From a virus (Duplodnaviria > Caudoviricetes): a stretch of DNA of 64,000 bases. Both the position numbers and the translations under genes were made by a program. The stretch is taken from IMG/VR virus record IMGVR_UViG_3300048852_000007, positions 1 through 64,000 of that record; one strand, 5' to 3'. Shown piece after piece: positions 48,038 to 55,586 of the stretch (the stretch's first letter is position 1; each line of letters starts with the position of its first letter). Below the pieces are notes generated by a model. That model had not been told where the DNA came from and did no database searches. It saw nothing but the letters and a program-made list of their open reading frames with translations.

Positions 48038-48615
48038 CAGGACTTCGCCTTCTCGGCACGGTCGATGCGGCGGCCGAGGTCACAGGCGTAGCTGTTCATC
48101 GCCTGGGCCTGGCAGCGCAGATCCTTCTGATCGGCGGGCAGGACGTAGCTGAAAGCCGGGGTCTTCATGAAAGCCACCAGCTTCGACAGCTTGGCGATCA
48201 GTTGATCCCGTTCCTGCTTGGCGCGATCGAGCCAGGTGAGGGCGGCAGCCTTCTCAGCCTGGTGGAGCTTGGTCCGCAGCTCGTAGCCCAGCAGCGACCA
48301 GATCTTGTTGATGGCATCCTGCCGAGCGATTCGCTGGCCGATGTCCTGCTTGTAGTTCGCTGGGTCAGCACAGGCGCTCTGGCCGGTGACCGTGAAGCCG
48401 TTCTTCAGAACCAGGACGCAGAAGGTGAGGAGGCCCAGGGCCTCGATGCTTTTCGGAACTTCCCAGTTCTCTTGGTACTGGCCGTTGCCCCCGGATCCAT
48501 GGGCGCCGTCAAGAGCAGTGAAGTAGTGCTCCGAGGCGATAGTATTCTCGACTTCCTCTAAAGTAACTCGCGTTCCGAGCTTGCGTTCCTCTAACTCATG
48601 TTCAGTAACGGTCAC
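48037..48615 (-). CDS. Phage gp49/gp66-family protein with an extra C-terminal helical domain
   Basis: LTFCVLVLKNGFTVTGQSAC.DPANY...IG..IAR..A..KIW.LLGYEL signature. Confidence 0.82.
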   Translation of the reverse strand: MTVTEHELEERKLGTRVTLEEVENTIASEHYFTALDGAHGSGGNGQYQENWEVPKSIEALGLLTFCVLVLKNGFTVTGQSACADPANYKQDIGQRIARQDAINKIWSLLGYELRTKLHQAEKAAALTWLDRAKQERDQLIAKLSKLVAFMKTPAFSYVLPADQKDLRCQAQAMNSYACDLGRRIDRAEKAKS

Positions 48616-48686
48616 GGTCGTGTCCCTATCGGATCGTCTAGTTACCCTTTAGGGTTAATATCGCCAACGCGACATACAATTTATGA

Positions 48687-48714
48687 TTGACAAGGAACCG
48701 TCTCGTATTAGATA
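48687..48714 (+). promoter_or_regulatory. Possible host sigma70-type promoter in an AT-rich divergent region
   Basis: Perfect TTGACA at 48687-48692; weak -10 (TAGATA) 16 nt downstream. Confidence 0.4.
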
Positions 48715-48715
48715 T

Positions 48716-48900
48716 GAGGGTACGCCTGGATGGCGTGTGTGCCCGACCCCAGCGGATAGTGGGGAAATAACTTCCGCAGCTGATGGATTCGCGCTCCGGG
48801 ATCTGAATCAGCCGCAGACCTGACTGCGCTATCAAAGGGAAGGCTTTGAAAATCAAAGCAGGGGGGAGGGAGTCTGGCCGCTCTCTCCCCCTTCTTCTTT
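48716..48900 (+). ncRNA. Candidate structured sRNA of about 185 nt
   Basis: Three stems between a TTGACA promoter candidate and a terminator; no ORF. Confidence 0.35.
48862..48900 (+). terminator. Rho-independent terminator
   Basis: GGGGGAGGGAG / CTCTCTCCCCC followed by TTCTTCTTT. Confidence 0.65.
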
Positions 48901-49180
48901 GTCTACAATTCCCTACATCACGAAATTGTTCTCAAACTTGGATCTAGTTTGGGGTTGTGTATCGCAGCGTAACTGCGGCATCTTGCGCGCGTTGGATCGC
49001 TGCTGATGAGAACGCTCCCGGCCAGGGGACTCCCCTCAGAGAGCAGCATCTGGCTGAGGCCGTCGATGTAGGTCGCCGTCCCCGCCGCTGGGTGAAAAGC
49101 CCCCGGAACCTTTCGAAAGCCCTCGATCTCCCCGTCGGAGGTCGGGGGTTTTCTCGTATTTGAGCCAAGGAGGCATATCC

Positions 49181-49468
49181 ATGCCGGTGACCAAAGTCAC
49201 CATCAACGGCATCCCATTCTCCCTGAGCGACACCCTCAAGCGCGATCTGAGCGATGCCCTGCTGCTTGAGGTTCGTCGGTTTGCCCAGATCGCCGTTACT
49301 TATGTTGACGAGGATCCCCTGACGGGCTCCACCATTGACCGCAGCCATATAAGAGAAGCCGCTATCTTCGACGGTCTGATGTCCCAGCTCATGCACGGCG
49401 CCCTCTGGGGCTACAGCACCGCCGAGGCTGAGGCCCGTTGGGCGGATGCTCTGCACCTGGCTCGCTGA
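49181..49468 (+). CDS. Hypothetical protein, 95 aa
   Basis: TGAGCCAAGGAGG RBS before ATG at 49181. Confidence 0.72.
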   Translation: MPVTKVTINGIPFSLSDTLKRDLSDALLLEVRRFAQIAVTYVDEDPLTGSTIDRSHIREAAIFDGLMSQLMHGALWGYSTAEAEARWADALHLAR

Positions 49469-49487
49469 ACCAAGGAGACCCCATCCC

Positions 49488-49700
49488 GTGGCCATGATGC
49501 TAGGTAATCTCTATGAGGCCCTGGTCTCGGGTAACGTGCCGCAAGACAAGGCCCAGAAGGCGGCCGAGGAGGTCGCCAGCTACGAGAACCGGATCGCCAA
49601 GGTGGAGGCTGACTTGAGCACCCTCAAATGGATGGTCGGCACGAACATCGGCTTGACCCTCATCGTCATCGGCAAGCTCTTCCTGAGCTCAACCACCTGA
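49488..49700 (+). CDS. Small coiled-coil plus C-terminal TM protein (DUF1640/CCDC90-like)
   Basis: LYEAL...AQKAAEEVA...DLSTLKWMVGTNIGLT pattern. Confidence 0.7.
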   Translation: MAMMLGNLYEALVSGNVPQDKAQKAAEEVASYENRIAKVEADLSTLKWMVGTNIGLTLIVIGKLFLSSTT

Positions 49701-49721
49701 ACCAAGGAGGTTCACACCCCC

Positions 49722-50066
49722 ATGCGTGGGCAGATGCTCATCATATCCCCGGATCCAGGGACAGCTCCTCGCCTGGTGGCTCTGGACCGTGCCCCCGAGC
49801 TTGCAGAACTCAAGGACGCCTTAGGCGGCGGTTACCTCGAAGCGATCCCCGGCTTCGACAACATCATCCAGGATGGGCTGATCCGTCCCTGCCTGGCGCT
49901 CTGCAATGAGGAGGGCAAGCTCCAGGAGCTGCCCATCAACCACCAGGCCCAGACCCTCTGGGTCAATGCCCTTGCCCGCAGGCATGGAACCAGTGACCCT
50001 CGGGACATCCTGGTTGGCCCGGTGGTGATCCTCTCAGGGGATAAGGAGTTCATGGCCGAGCTATAA
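49722..50066 (+). CDS. DUF3846-like protein
   Basis: L..ALGGGYLEAI...CNEEGKL..LPIN..A...DILVGPVVI signature. Confidence 0.78.
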   Translation: MRGQMLIISPDPGTAPRLVALDRAPELAELKDALGGGYLEAIPGFDNIIQDGLIRPCLALCNEEGKLQELPINHQAQTLWVNALARRHGTSDPRDILVGPVVILSGDKEFMAEL

Positions 50067-50069
50067 AGG

Positions 50070-50530
50070 AGAGGTGACTTGCCCTCCCTCAACCTGAGGG
50101 CGTATGTACCCCCCCAGCTCCTAGAGCGGCGTGCCTAAGCCCACCCATCTCGGCCTCCAGAGGCAGATACCCCCAGGGGAAATCTCTCTTTCTTAAAAAG
50201 AAGAAGAGGTAACGGGAGAGGCTGTCTTGAGAATGGGATGAACCCATCCTCAAGAGGATCCTATGGCTCCGCACAACTCCAATTAGAATCAACGACTTAT
50301 AGGCAGATCCGGGTGGATCACGTCAAGGATTCTCCTCAAAGAAACCTGCATATATGCCCAGATTCTCAGCATATTTTTGAGGAAGGTCTGGGAGAAATTG
50401 ATGGAGATGTACGAGAGCAGTTTGGTTCACCGTTACACTCTACACCGAGACTACCCCCCCGGCATTGATCTCTACACCATTACACCTACCCCCATCTTAC
50501 ACTCTACACCTGTTGTGTTGGCTCTAAGCC
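50070..50530. other. Non-coding palindrome/repeat-rich region, probable genome terminus (collapsed direct terminal repeat)
   Basis: About 460 bp without credible ORFs, directly upstream of the first vRNAP promoter and gp1; N4 has terminal repeats of similar size. Confidence 0.5.
50433..50510 (+). repeat. CTACACC repeat cluster
   Basis: TTACACTCTACACC at 50433-50446 and 50497-50510; CTCTACACC at 50470; TTACACCTAC at 50480. Confidence 0.75.
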
Positions 50531-50531
50531 T

Positions 50532-50554
50532 GGTGCTCCGCACCTTGTAGGAGG
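50532..50554 (+). promoter_or_regulatory. vRNAP early hairpin promoter 1
   Basis: GGTGC-TCC-GCACC-TTGT-AGG: 5-bp stem, 3-nt loop, 4-nt spacer as in N4 early promoters; upstream of gp1. Confidence 0.85.
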
Positions 50555-50601
50555 TCTGTGTCCTCCTTCTCTTTGGCTCAACCCTATCGGAGTTCAAGAC
50601 A

Positions 50602-50946
50602 ATGGCCGTAGCTACCGCTCGTATGACCGTTGGTTCCCTCTTCGCCACTGTTGGTACCGCTGCTAATGCCGTTACCTCGGTGTTGGACACCACTGTTCGC
50701 AGTGTTTCTATGCTGGACCGCTATGTCCGTGATGCCCAAGAGCGTCAGGATGCCCGTTCCACCGTGGATATGGACTCATTCACCGAGCAACTCCGGGACG
50801 AGAAGTCTATGGAAGAGGCTATGCGCAAGAAGCAAGTGCTGGATTTCACTTCCCAGTCTGAAATTAACCAGCAGCTCTATGCTGCCGCCTATGACCGTAT
50901 CGGCAGGCTGCTCGACTCCCGTAAGAAGGCTGCTCCGTCCGCTTAG
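50602..50946 (+). CDS. N4 gp1-like early protein
   Basis: ARMTVGSLFATV...ANAVTSV...SV.MLD pattern; first gene after promoter 1. Confidence 0.75.
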   Translation: MAVATARMTVGSLFATVGTAANAVTSVLDTTVRSVSMLDRYVRDAQERQDARSTVDMDSFTEQLRDEKSMEEAMRKKQVLDFTSQSEINQQLYAAAYDRIGRLLDSRKKAAPSA

Positions 50947-51008
50947 TCTCTAACTCCCTCAGCTCACCATCATGGTGACTGGGGGAGACTCCCCTTCGGG
51001 GAGGGGAG

Positions 51009-51062
51009 ACTGTGGATAGGCAGACACTCTGGATAGATAGACTTCCACTCTGGATAGGCAGA
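51009..51062 (+). repeat. Three 16-bp direct repeats ACT(G/C)TGGATAG(G/A)(C/T)AGA
   Basis: Copies at 51009-51024, 51026-51041 and 51047-51062. Confidence 0.8.
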
Positions 51063-51084
51063 GAGACGCTCCGCGTCTCATAGA
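51063..51084 (+). promoter_or_regulatory. vRNAP early hairpin promoter 2
   Basis: GAGACGC-TCC-GCGTCTC, 7-bp stem with TCC loop. Confidence 0.8.
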
Positions 51085-51270
51085 GAGTGGGATGGTGGAG
51101 GAGAGTGATGGGAGAGTCTAACTCTCCATCATCTCTATTCCCTCAATTTGGATGTTGAGCCTGTCTCCATCCATTTCCCATCATCCTCCAATCCTAAACT
51201 CTCCCGAAATCCTATCCACCCATGGAGAGGATGCTCATTCCCTCCAACACAAGTCGAAAGGACTCAACTC

Positions 51271-51546
51271 ATGGCACTCGAAGCTGTGGCCAAGATCCAG
51301 ATCTGGAACTCTCCACTGCCGGTCAAGTCGATCGAGGTGGTCTTCATCTACCGCTACGGCATGACCAAGGAGGAGTGCAGGGCTGCTGCTGTACAGTCCC
51401 TCACAGATGTCCTCAGACCTGTGGAAGTAACCGACTGGTCGGATGTCATCACCTACGAACTCAGCAATGAGATCCAGGTGCTCAACACCTTCAATGGTGA
51501 CGAGATGACCATCCGCTTCAATGGGCCGGCTCAGATCCGGCTCTAA
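51271..51546 (+). CDS. Early hypothetical protein, 91 aa
   Basis: AAAGGA RBS before ATG at 51271. Confidence 0.7.
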   Translation: MALEAVAKIQIWNSPLPVKSIEVVFIYRYGMTKEECRAAAVQSLTDVLRPVEVTDWSDVITYELSNEIQVLNTFNGDEMTIRFNGPAQIRL

Positions 51547-51569
51547 CAACCTGAACCAAGGAGACCATC

Positions 51570-51776
51570 ATGGTTCCCAAGTTCTTCAAGGATGCTGATC
51601 ACTATCGTCAGTGGCAACTCCACTGCATCCATACCGATGGCATGAGTCACGCCATTGGTGAGGAGCCGTCTCGTGCAGACGAGATCACGGATCCTGAGTT
51701 CCGTCAGCACTACGAGCAAGGCTATCGGGACGGCCAGGGGTATCTGGCTGAAGAGGCTGCTGAATACGCCGAGTAA
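51570..51776 (+). CDS. Early hypothetical protein, 68 aa
   Basis: Junction-motif RBS at 51552. Confidence 0.72.
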   Translation: MVPKFFKDADHYRQWQLHCIHTDGMSHAIGEEPSRADEITDPEFRQHYEQGYRDGQGYLAEEAAEYAE

Positions 51777-51805
51777 TCCCTTCAACCTCAACTCAGGAGA
51801 CCATC

Positions 51806-51994
51806 ATGGCTGTGACGTTCGAGAGCATGTTCGACAAGGCTGATGACTTTGAAGAATGGGGTATCCCTATCGAGGATAACACGCTGTCAGTCCAGCTGAT
51901 CATCCTTGAAGAGTATCGCGCCGAGTATTCGGACGACCCTAGCTGGAATAGGGATCACCTCACCGTCTGCCAACAGATAGCAGCTGGCTGCTAA
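51806..51994 (+). CDS. Early acidic hypothetical protein, 62 aa
   Basis: CAGGAG RBS. Confidence 0.7.
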   Translation: MAVTFESMFDKADDFEEWGIPIEDNTLSVQLIILEEYRAEYSDDPSWNRDHLTVCQQIAAGC

Positions 51995-52037
51995 TCTTTA
52001 GTAATCCCTTCAACCTCGATGACAAGGAGCAACTATC

Positions 52038-52109
52038 ATGCGTCGTCGTATCTCTCCCCAGCTGCGTCGTATTCTTGAGTCTCTGGTCGTTCATTCTGGG
52101 AAGGATTGA
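52038..52109 (+). CDS. Candidate 23-aa Arg-rich peptide MRRRISPQLRRILESLVVHSGKD
   Basis: Strong AAGGAG RBS with no other start to serve. Confidence 0.45.
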   Translation: MRRRISPQLRRILESLVVHSGKD

Positions 52110-52113
52110 GCCA

Positions 52114-52293
52114 ATGGAGTTCGACCCAGAGGAATGCTTCCCAGTCTCGATCGCTATCACTTCCAATATCACTCGGAACTTTATCCGAGTGTGCTGGGGG
52201 ATCACTGACGATCAGATCGAGTCTTACTTGTCCCAAGGCATGACCTTGCAGGACATTGACGACCTTTACCGTATTGAGCGGGCACAAGACTAA
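52114..52293 (+). CDS. Early hypothetical protein, 59 aa
   Basis: GGAAGGA upstream; TAATG overlap with the next ORF. Confidence 0.6.
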   Translation: MEFDPEECFPVSIAITSNITRNFIRVCWGITDDQIESYLSQGMTLQDIDDLYRIERAQD

Positions 52294-52403
52294 TGCCCCT
52301 CATGCGCTGGTTTATCCAGCTGATGCTCACTGGTTCCAGGAGGGACCAGTGCAGCTTCAACCTGAAGCGTCGATATGTGGTCCGCTTCAATGACCGCTCT
52401 TAG
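52293..52403 (+). CDS. Candidate 36-aa peptide
   Basis: TAATG overlap with the upstream stop. Confidence 0.4.
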   Translation: MPLMRWFIQLMLTGSRRDQCSFNLKRRYVVRFNDRS

Positions 52404-52407
52404 CCCT

Positions 52408-52494
52408 ATGAGGCTCGAAGACATGCTCGATGCCCTGATGCTGATCGCTCTGGCCACGGCTGTGATCTTCGCCTGGCTGTGGCTAACCACCTGA
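52408..52494 (+). CDS. Candidate 28-aa TM peptide MRLEDMLDALMLIALATAVIFAWLWLTT
   Basis: Hydrophobic helix filling the gap; weak RBS. Confidence 0.4.
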   Translation: MRLEDMLDALMLIALATAVIFAWLWLTT

Positions 52495-52519
52495 TCCCAT
52501 TGAACCAAGGAGAAAGACT

Positions 52520-52675
52520 GTGAGCCCACGAGAAATAATCGTGGCTGCACTTCGTCGTATGAAGCAAGCCGGCGAAAGCCATGAAATGGCTGCACGGTGG
52601 ATCATGGAAGATCTCACCAAGGCTGGCTTCTCTGTGGTGTCGGTCCCGTTGAACCAACAGGAGAACAGATCATGA
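52520..52675 (+). CDS. Early hypothetical protein, 51 aa
   Basis: Junction-motif RBS at 52501; GTG start; ATGA overlap downstream. Confidence 0.62.
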   Translation: MSPREIIVAALRRMKQAGESHEMAARWIMEDLTKAGFSVVSVPLNQQENRS

Positions 52676-52941
52676 ACATTTTGACTGCTATGGAGCTTTC
52701 TCAGGGGATCCTGACAGGCTTCACAGAGCTGCTCTTGGCCGATGTCCGCAGCCTTGATCAGGACCGGCCCAAGGCTGATCCCATTCCAGGGGCCAGCCTA
52801 CCTCGCTTCGACAGCGATGAGGCGATCCAGGCTTTCTGTGCTCAGAACTACCTCGATGACCCAGAGATTGACCCTCAGGGCAGGATCTATGCCTGGTCCG
52901 AGTATGAGGATCGCTACATCCAGATCGGCTGGATTAAGTAA
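52672..52941 (+). CDS. Early hypothetical protein, 89 aa
   Basis: CAGGAG RBS; ATG at 52672. Confidence 0.68.
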   Translation: MNILTAMELSQGILTGFTELLLADVRSLDQDRPKADPIPGASLPRFDSDEAIQAFCAQNYLDDPEIDPQGRIYAWSEYEDRYIQIGWIK

Positions 52942-52967
52942 TCCAATCTGAACCAAGGAGATCAACT

Positions 52968-53159
52968 ATGGCTCGTGAAGACATCAAATGTGCTCTGACC
53001 GAGCCTATGCTGGTCGAGCACTTCATGGATGGTGTTGAAGACGCCAGAAGGGATCAAACAGTAGTTCCCGTCTGGTATATGGACAATGATCGTGACCTAA
53101 ACCCGTATCAGAAAGCATACGCCGAGGGATTCACATCCGTAGTCCGTGGCGAGAACTGA
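52968..53159 (+). CDS. Early hypothetical protein, 63 aa
   Basis: Junction-motif RBS at 52949. Confidence 0.7.
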   Translation: MAREDIKCALTEPMLVEHFMDGVEDARRDQTVVPVWYMDNDRDLNPYQKAYAEGFTSVVRGEN

Positions 53160-53175
53160 ACCAAGGAGGAATACC

Positions 53176-53394
53176 ATGCACCACAAGTACAGCCTGGAGG
53201 AGCTTCGGCTCCTCTGGAAGGCGGTGAACACTCAGATGCAAGAGATTCGCCGTACTGAACAGCACTTTACCACAGGCTCTTATACAAAGAGCGTGGGTCC
53301 ATGGATGGATCTCATCCACAAGATCCATGACGAAGTGCTGGTGATTGAGAATAACCAAGCCTGCGAGCAGGCTCATGAGGCAGCCTTTACTTAG
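53176..53394 (+). CDS. Early hypothetical protein, 72 aa
   Basis: Junction-motif RBS at 53157. Confidence 0.7.
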   Translation: MHHKYSLEELRLLWKAVNTQMQEIRRTEQHFTTGSYTKSVGPWMDLIHKIHDEVLVIENNQACEQAHEAAFT

Positions 53395-53403
53395 TCATCT
53401 CTT

Positions 53404-53426
53404 GGCACTCCGTGCCTTGTAGGAGG
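53404..53426 (+). promoter_or_regulatory. vRNAP early hairpin promoter 3
   Basis: GGCAC-TCC-GTGCC-TTGT-AGGAGG; shares CCTTGTAGGAGG with promoter 1; upstream of gp2. Confidence 0.85.
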
Positions 53427-53530
53427 GTTCTAAGAGAGCCCTCTTGGTTTCTTCTCATCTTGTTTTTTGGTTGCTCCATGCTGGAGCGAATCCCCTATCC
53501 CTCAACCTGAACAATCTAGGAGCTAATACC

Positions 53531-53950
53531 ATGGCGCTTACCTTCAATGAGACCTTCCCGGTTCGTGGCGGCAACCAGGCTGCCAAGAAGGACCAGACTC
53601 CGGCCGTCTATTGGCTGAACATCGGCTACCAGACCGAGGTGCAGACCGAAGAGGGCACCACCGAGGTTCGTTTTGTCAGCCTGCCACTGGGTATCCCGCT
53701 GGACACTCAGGAGCTGCTGAAGACCAACTCTCGCAATGAGAGCTTTGCCCAGTTCCAGGCGGCTCGGAATGACCTGCACGCTCAGATCATGGATCTGGCC
53801 AAGGGTCTGGAGCCGGGTGAAGAGACCATCCTGGCGCTCGATCCGAAGAATGGCCTGGCCATCCAGCTGCGTCGGGTGAACGAAGCCACTGCGGCTGTCG
53901 TCGATCCGGCGGCCAATCCGTTCGCTCGCAAGCTGAAGCTGGCGGCCTAA
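53531..53950 (+). CDS. N4 gp2-like ssDNA-binding coactivator of RNAP II
   Basis: WLNIGY...RFVSLPLGIPLD...FQAARNDL...LEPGE...IQLRRV signature. Confidence 0.88.
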   Translation: MALTFNETFPVRGGNQAAKKDQTPAVYWLNIGYQTEVQTEEGTTEVRFVSLPLGIPLDTQELLKTNSRNESFAQFQAARNDLHAQIMDLAKGLEPGEETILALDPKNGLAIQLRRVNEATAAVVDPAANPFARKLKLAA

Positions 53951-53960
53951 GCCTGAACCA

Positions 53961-53995
53961 AGGGGAGGAAGGCACTGATCTTCCTCCCTTTTCTT
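53961..53995 (+). terminator. Rho-independent terminator
   Basis: GGGAGGAAG / CTTCCTCCC followed by TTTTCTT. Confidence 0.75.
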
Positions 53996-54021
53996 GTACT
54001 CAAACCGAGGGACCACAGACC

Positions 54022-54318
54022 ATGCGCTTCAAGATCACCTTCCAGACCGAGTACAAGATCAACGCCATCAAGGCCGTGCGTAATGTCGCCACGGACTTCA
54101 ACATCGAGGTCCTCAAGGGCCTCCGTGAGGCGAAGACTGCGGTCGAGAATGGCTTGATTGTCGATTTCGACGACCTCAACCGGATGCTGAACCTGATCTC
54201 CCACAGCTTCCGGGATGGTGCCCCTGACAAGGCGCTCAGCTTCAATGTCGAGCCCTGTTTTGAACTGACGATGCCGGTGGTGATGCCGAAGCTGCCAACG
54301 GTCGCCACTGTCTACTGA
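54022..54318 (+). CDS. Early protein with a ribosomal L7/L12 C-terminal-domain-like motif
   Basis: KINAIKAVR...GLREAKTAVE, compared with KVAVIKAVR..GLKEAKDLVE of bL12. Confidence 0.7.
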   Translation: MRFKITFQTEYKINAIKAVRNVATDFNIEVLKGLREAKTAVENGLIVDFDDLNRMLNLISHSFRDGAPDKALSFNVEPCFELTMPVVMPKLPTVATVY

Positions 54319-54324
54319 ACCAGT

Positions 54325-54365
54325 AGGAGGAATCCCCAGTTAATGGGGATTCCTCCTTTTTAATT
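54325..54365 (+). terminator. Rho-independent terminator
   Basis: Perfect 14-bp stem AGGAGGAATCCCCA / TGGGGATTCCTCCT followed by TTTT. Confidence 0.85.
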
Positions 54366-54465
54366 TGAACGATAGTCAACACAACTCCTACTCAACCTAA
54401 ATACTAAAAGTAGGATTCAGGATAAATTTGGCGAAATAGAACCTAAGACCTGAGGAGCCAAGAAT

Positions 54466-54774
54466 ATGGGTACCAAACACACGCCTGGACCGTGGGAAGT
54501 GGATGATGACGGAGAGGTATCCAGTCAGAACGTAGTCGTCGCCAAGGTATTCCAATGGGACGATTTCCCATGTCTTGAAGAGCACATGGAGGCCGTTCAA
54601 AGAGAGTGCGAGGCCAATGCCCGCTTGATCGCTGCTGCACCTGAGCTGCTGGCAGCTCTCCATGAGCTGGACGCCATGTACCAGCGAATTGCTCCTGACG
54701 ATCCTGAGGGTCTTCATCCCGATCTGCACCCGGCATGGAAGGCGTGCAAGGCCGCCATAGCCAAAGCTACCTGA
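54466..54774 (+). CDS. Phage protein of the HTPGPW...ANARLIAAAPELL family
   Basis: Both motifs present. Confidence 0.78.
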   Translation: MGTKHTPGPWEVDDDGEVSSQNVVVAKVFQWDDFPCLEEHMEAVQRECEANARLIAAAPELLAALHELDAMYQRIAPDDPEGLHPDLHPAWKACKAAIAKAT

Positions 54775-54810
54775 TCATCCAATCCCACACCCAAAGAAGG
54801 AGCTAGAACC

Positions 54811-55371
54811 ATGGGTAACACCCTGATCTATGCCGGTATCGGCAGTCGTGAGACGCCTGATTTCTTCTGTTCCATCATGAAGAGCATTGCCCGGCAGCTG
54901 GCACCCAGATGGGTTCTGCGCTCAGGCTTTGCTGATGGGGCTGATATGGCCTTCTGCCGTGGTGCTGATGAAGCCCAGGGTGAGATGGAGATCTATGTGC
55001 CCTGGGCTGGCTTCAATGGGGCACCCACGGATGATGACCGGATCATCGTCCCAGAGTGGACCAATGAGATCTTCACCCTAGCTGCGAAGCATCACCCTGC
55101 CTGGCACCGATGCTCAAGCGGAGCCAGAAAGCTCCATGCCAGGAATGGCTGCCAGGTGCTGGGACGTAGCCTCCTGGAGCCAGCGCATATGGTGATCTGC
55201 TGGACTCCTGAAGGGAAGGGGAATGGCGGCACTGGCCAGGCCATCCGCATTGCCAATGAGTACGAGATCCCTGTCTTTGACCTGGCTATCCCAGGCATGG
55301 ATCGGAAGCTCTGTGAGTTCGTCGAGCGTATGGAGCGCCTCGAAGCCGGTGAGTGGGAGATGGCAGCATGA
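54811..55371 (+). CDS. DprA/SMF-like SLOG Rossmann-fold protein
   Basis: YAGIGSRETP, LRSG.A.GAD.AF, CWTP.G...GGTGQAIRIA. Confidence 0.82.
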   Translation: MGNTLIYAGIGSRETPDFFCSIMKSIARQLAPRWVLRSGFADGADMAFCRGADEAQGEMEIYVPWAGFNGAPTDDDRIIVPEWTNEIFTLAAKHHPAWHRCSSGARKLHARNGCQVLGRSLLEPAHMVICWTPEGKGNGGTGQAIRIANEYEIPVFDLAIPGMDRKLCEFVERMERLEAGEWEMAA

Positions 55372-55586
55372 GTGCGGCAGAGATCACGCAGGAGCTGGAC
55401 TTCACGAAACGGCTGATGGCTGCTGTCTGGATGGTTGGCAACATGGACACAGAGCAGGACAAGGCCGCTTGGTGGGCAAACTTTGAGCCACTCTGGAATG
55501 AGGTGGCGCAAGACCCTCACGTGCAGGAGTACGCGGATGCGGCTTTCGCCGCAGCACACGCCGCCCTCTCCCAGGAAGTCGAGTGA
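55368..55586 (+). CDS. Hypothetical protein, 72 aa
   Basis: ATGA overlap with the upstream gene. Confidence 0.65.
   Translation: MSAAEITQELDFTKRLMAAVWMVGNMDTEQDKAAWWANFEPLWNEVAQDPHVQEYADAAFAAAHAALSQEVE

Noticed and set aside
49024-49036. AGGGG-ACT-CCCCT as a fourth vRNAP promoter
   Set aside because: The loop and closing bases differ from the C-TCC-G core of the three good promoters, and the downstream spacer does not match
49003-49120. Hammerhead-like CTGATGA ... CGAAA
   Set aside because: Stem II would have only 3 bp across about 100 nt, and no stem I/III with a cleavage triplet can be built
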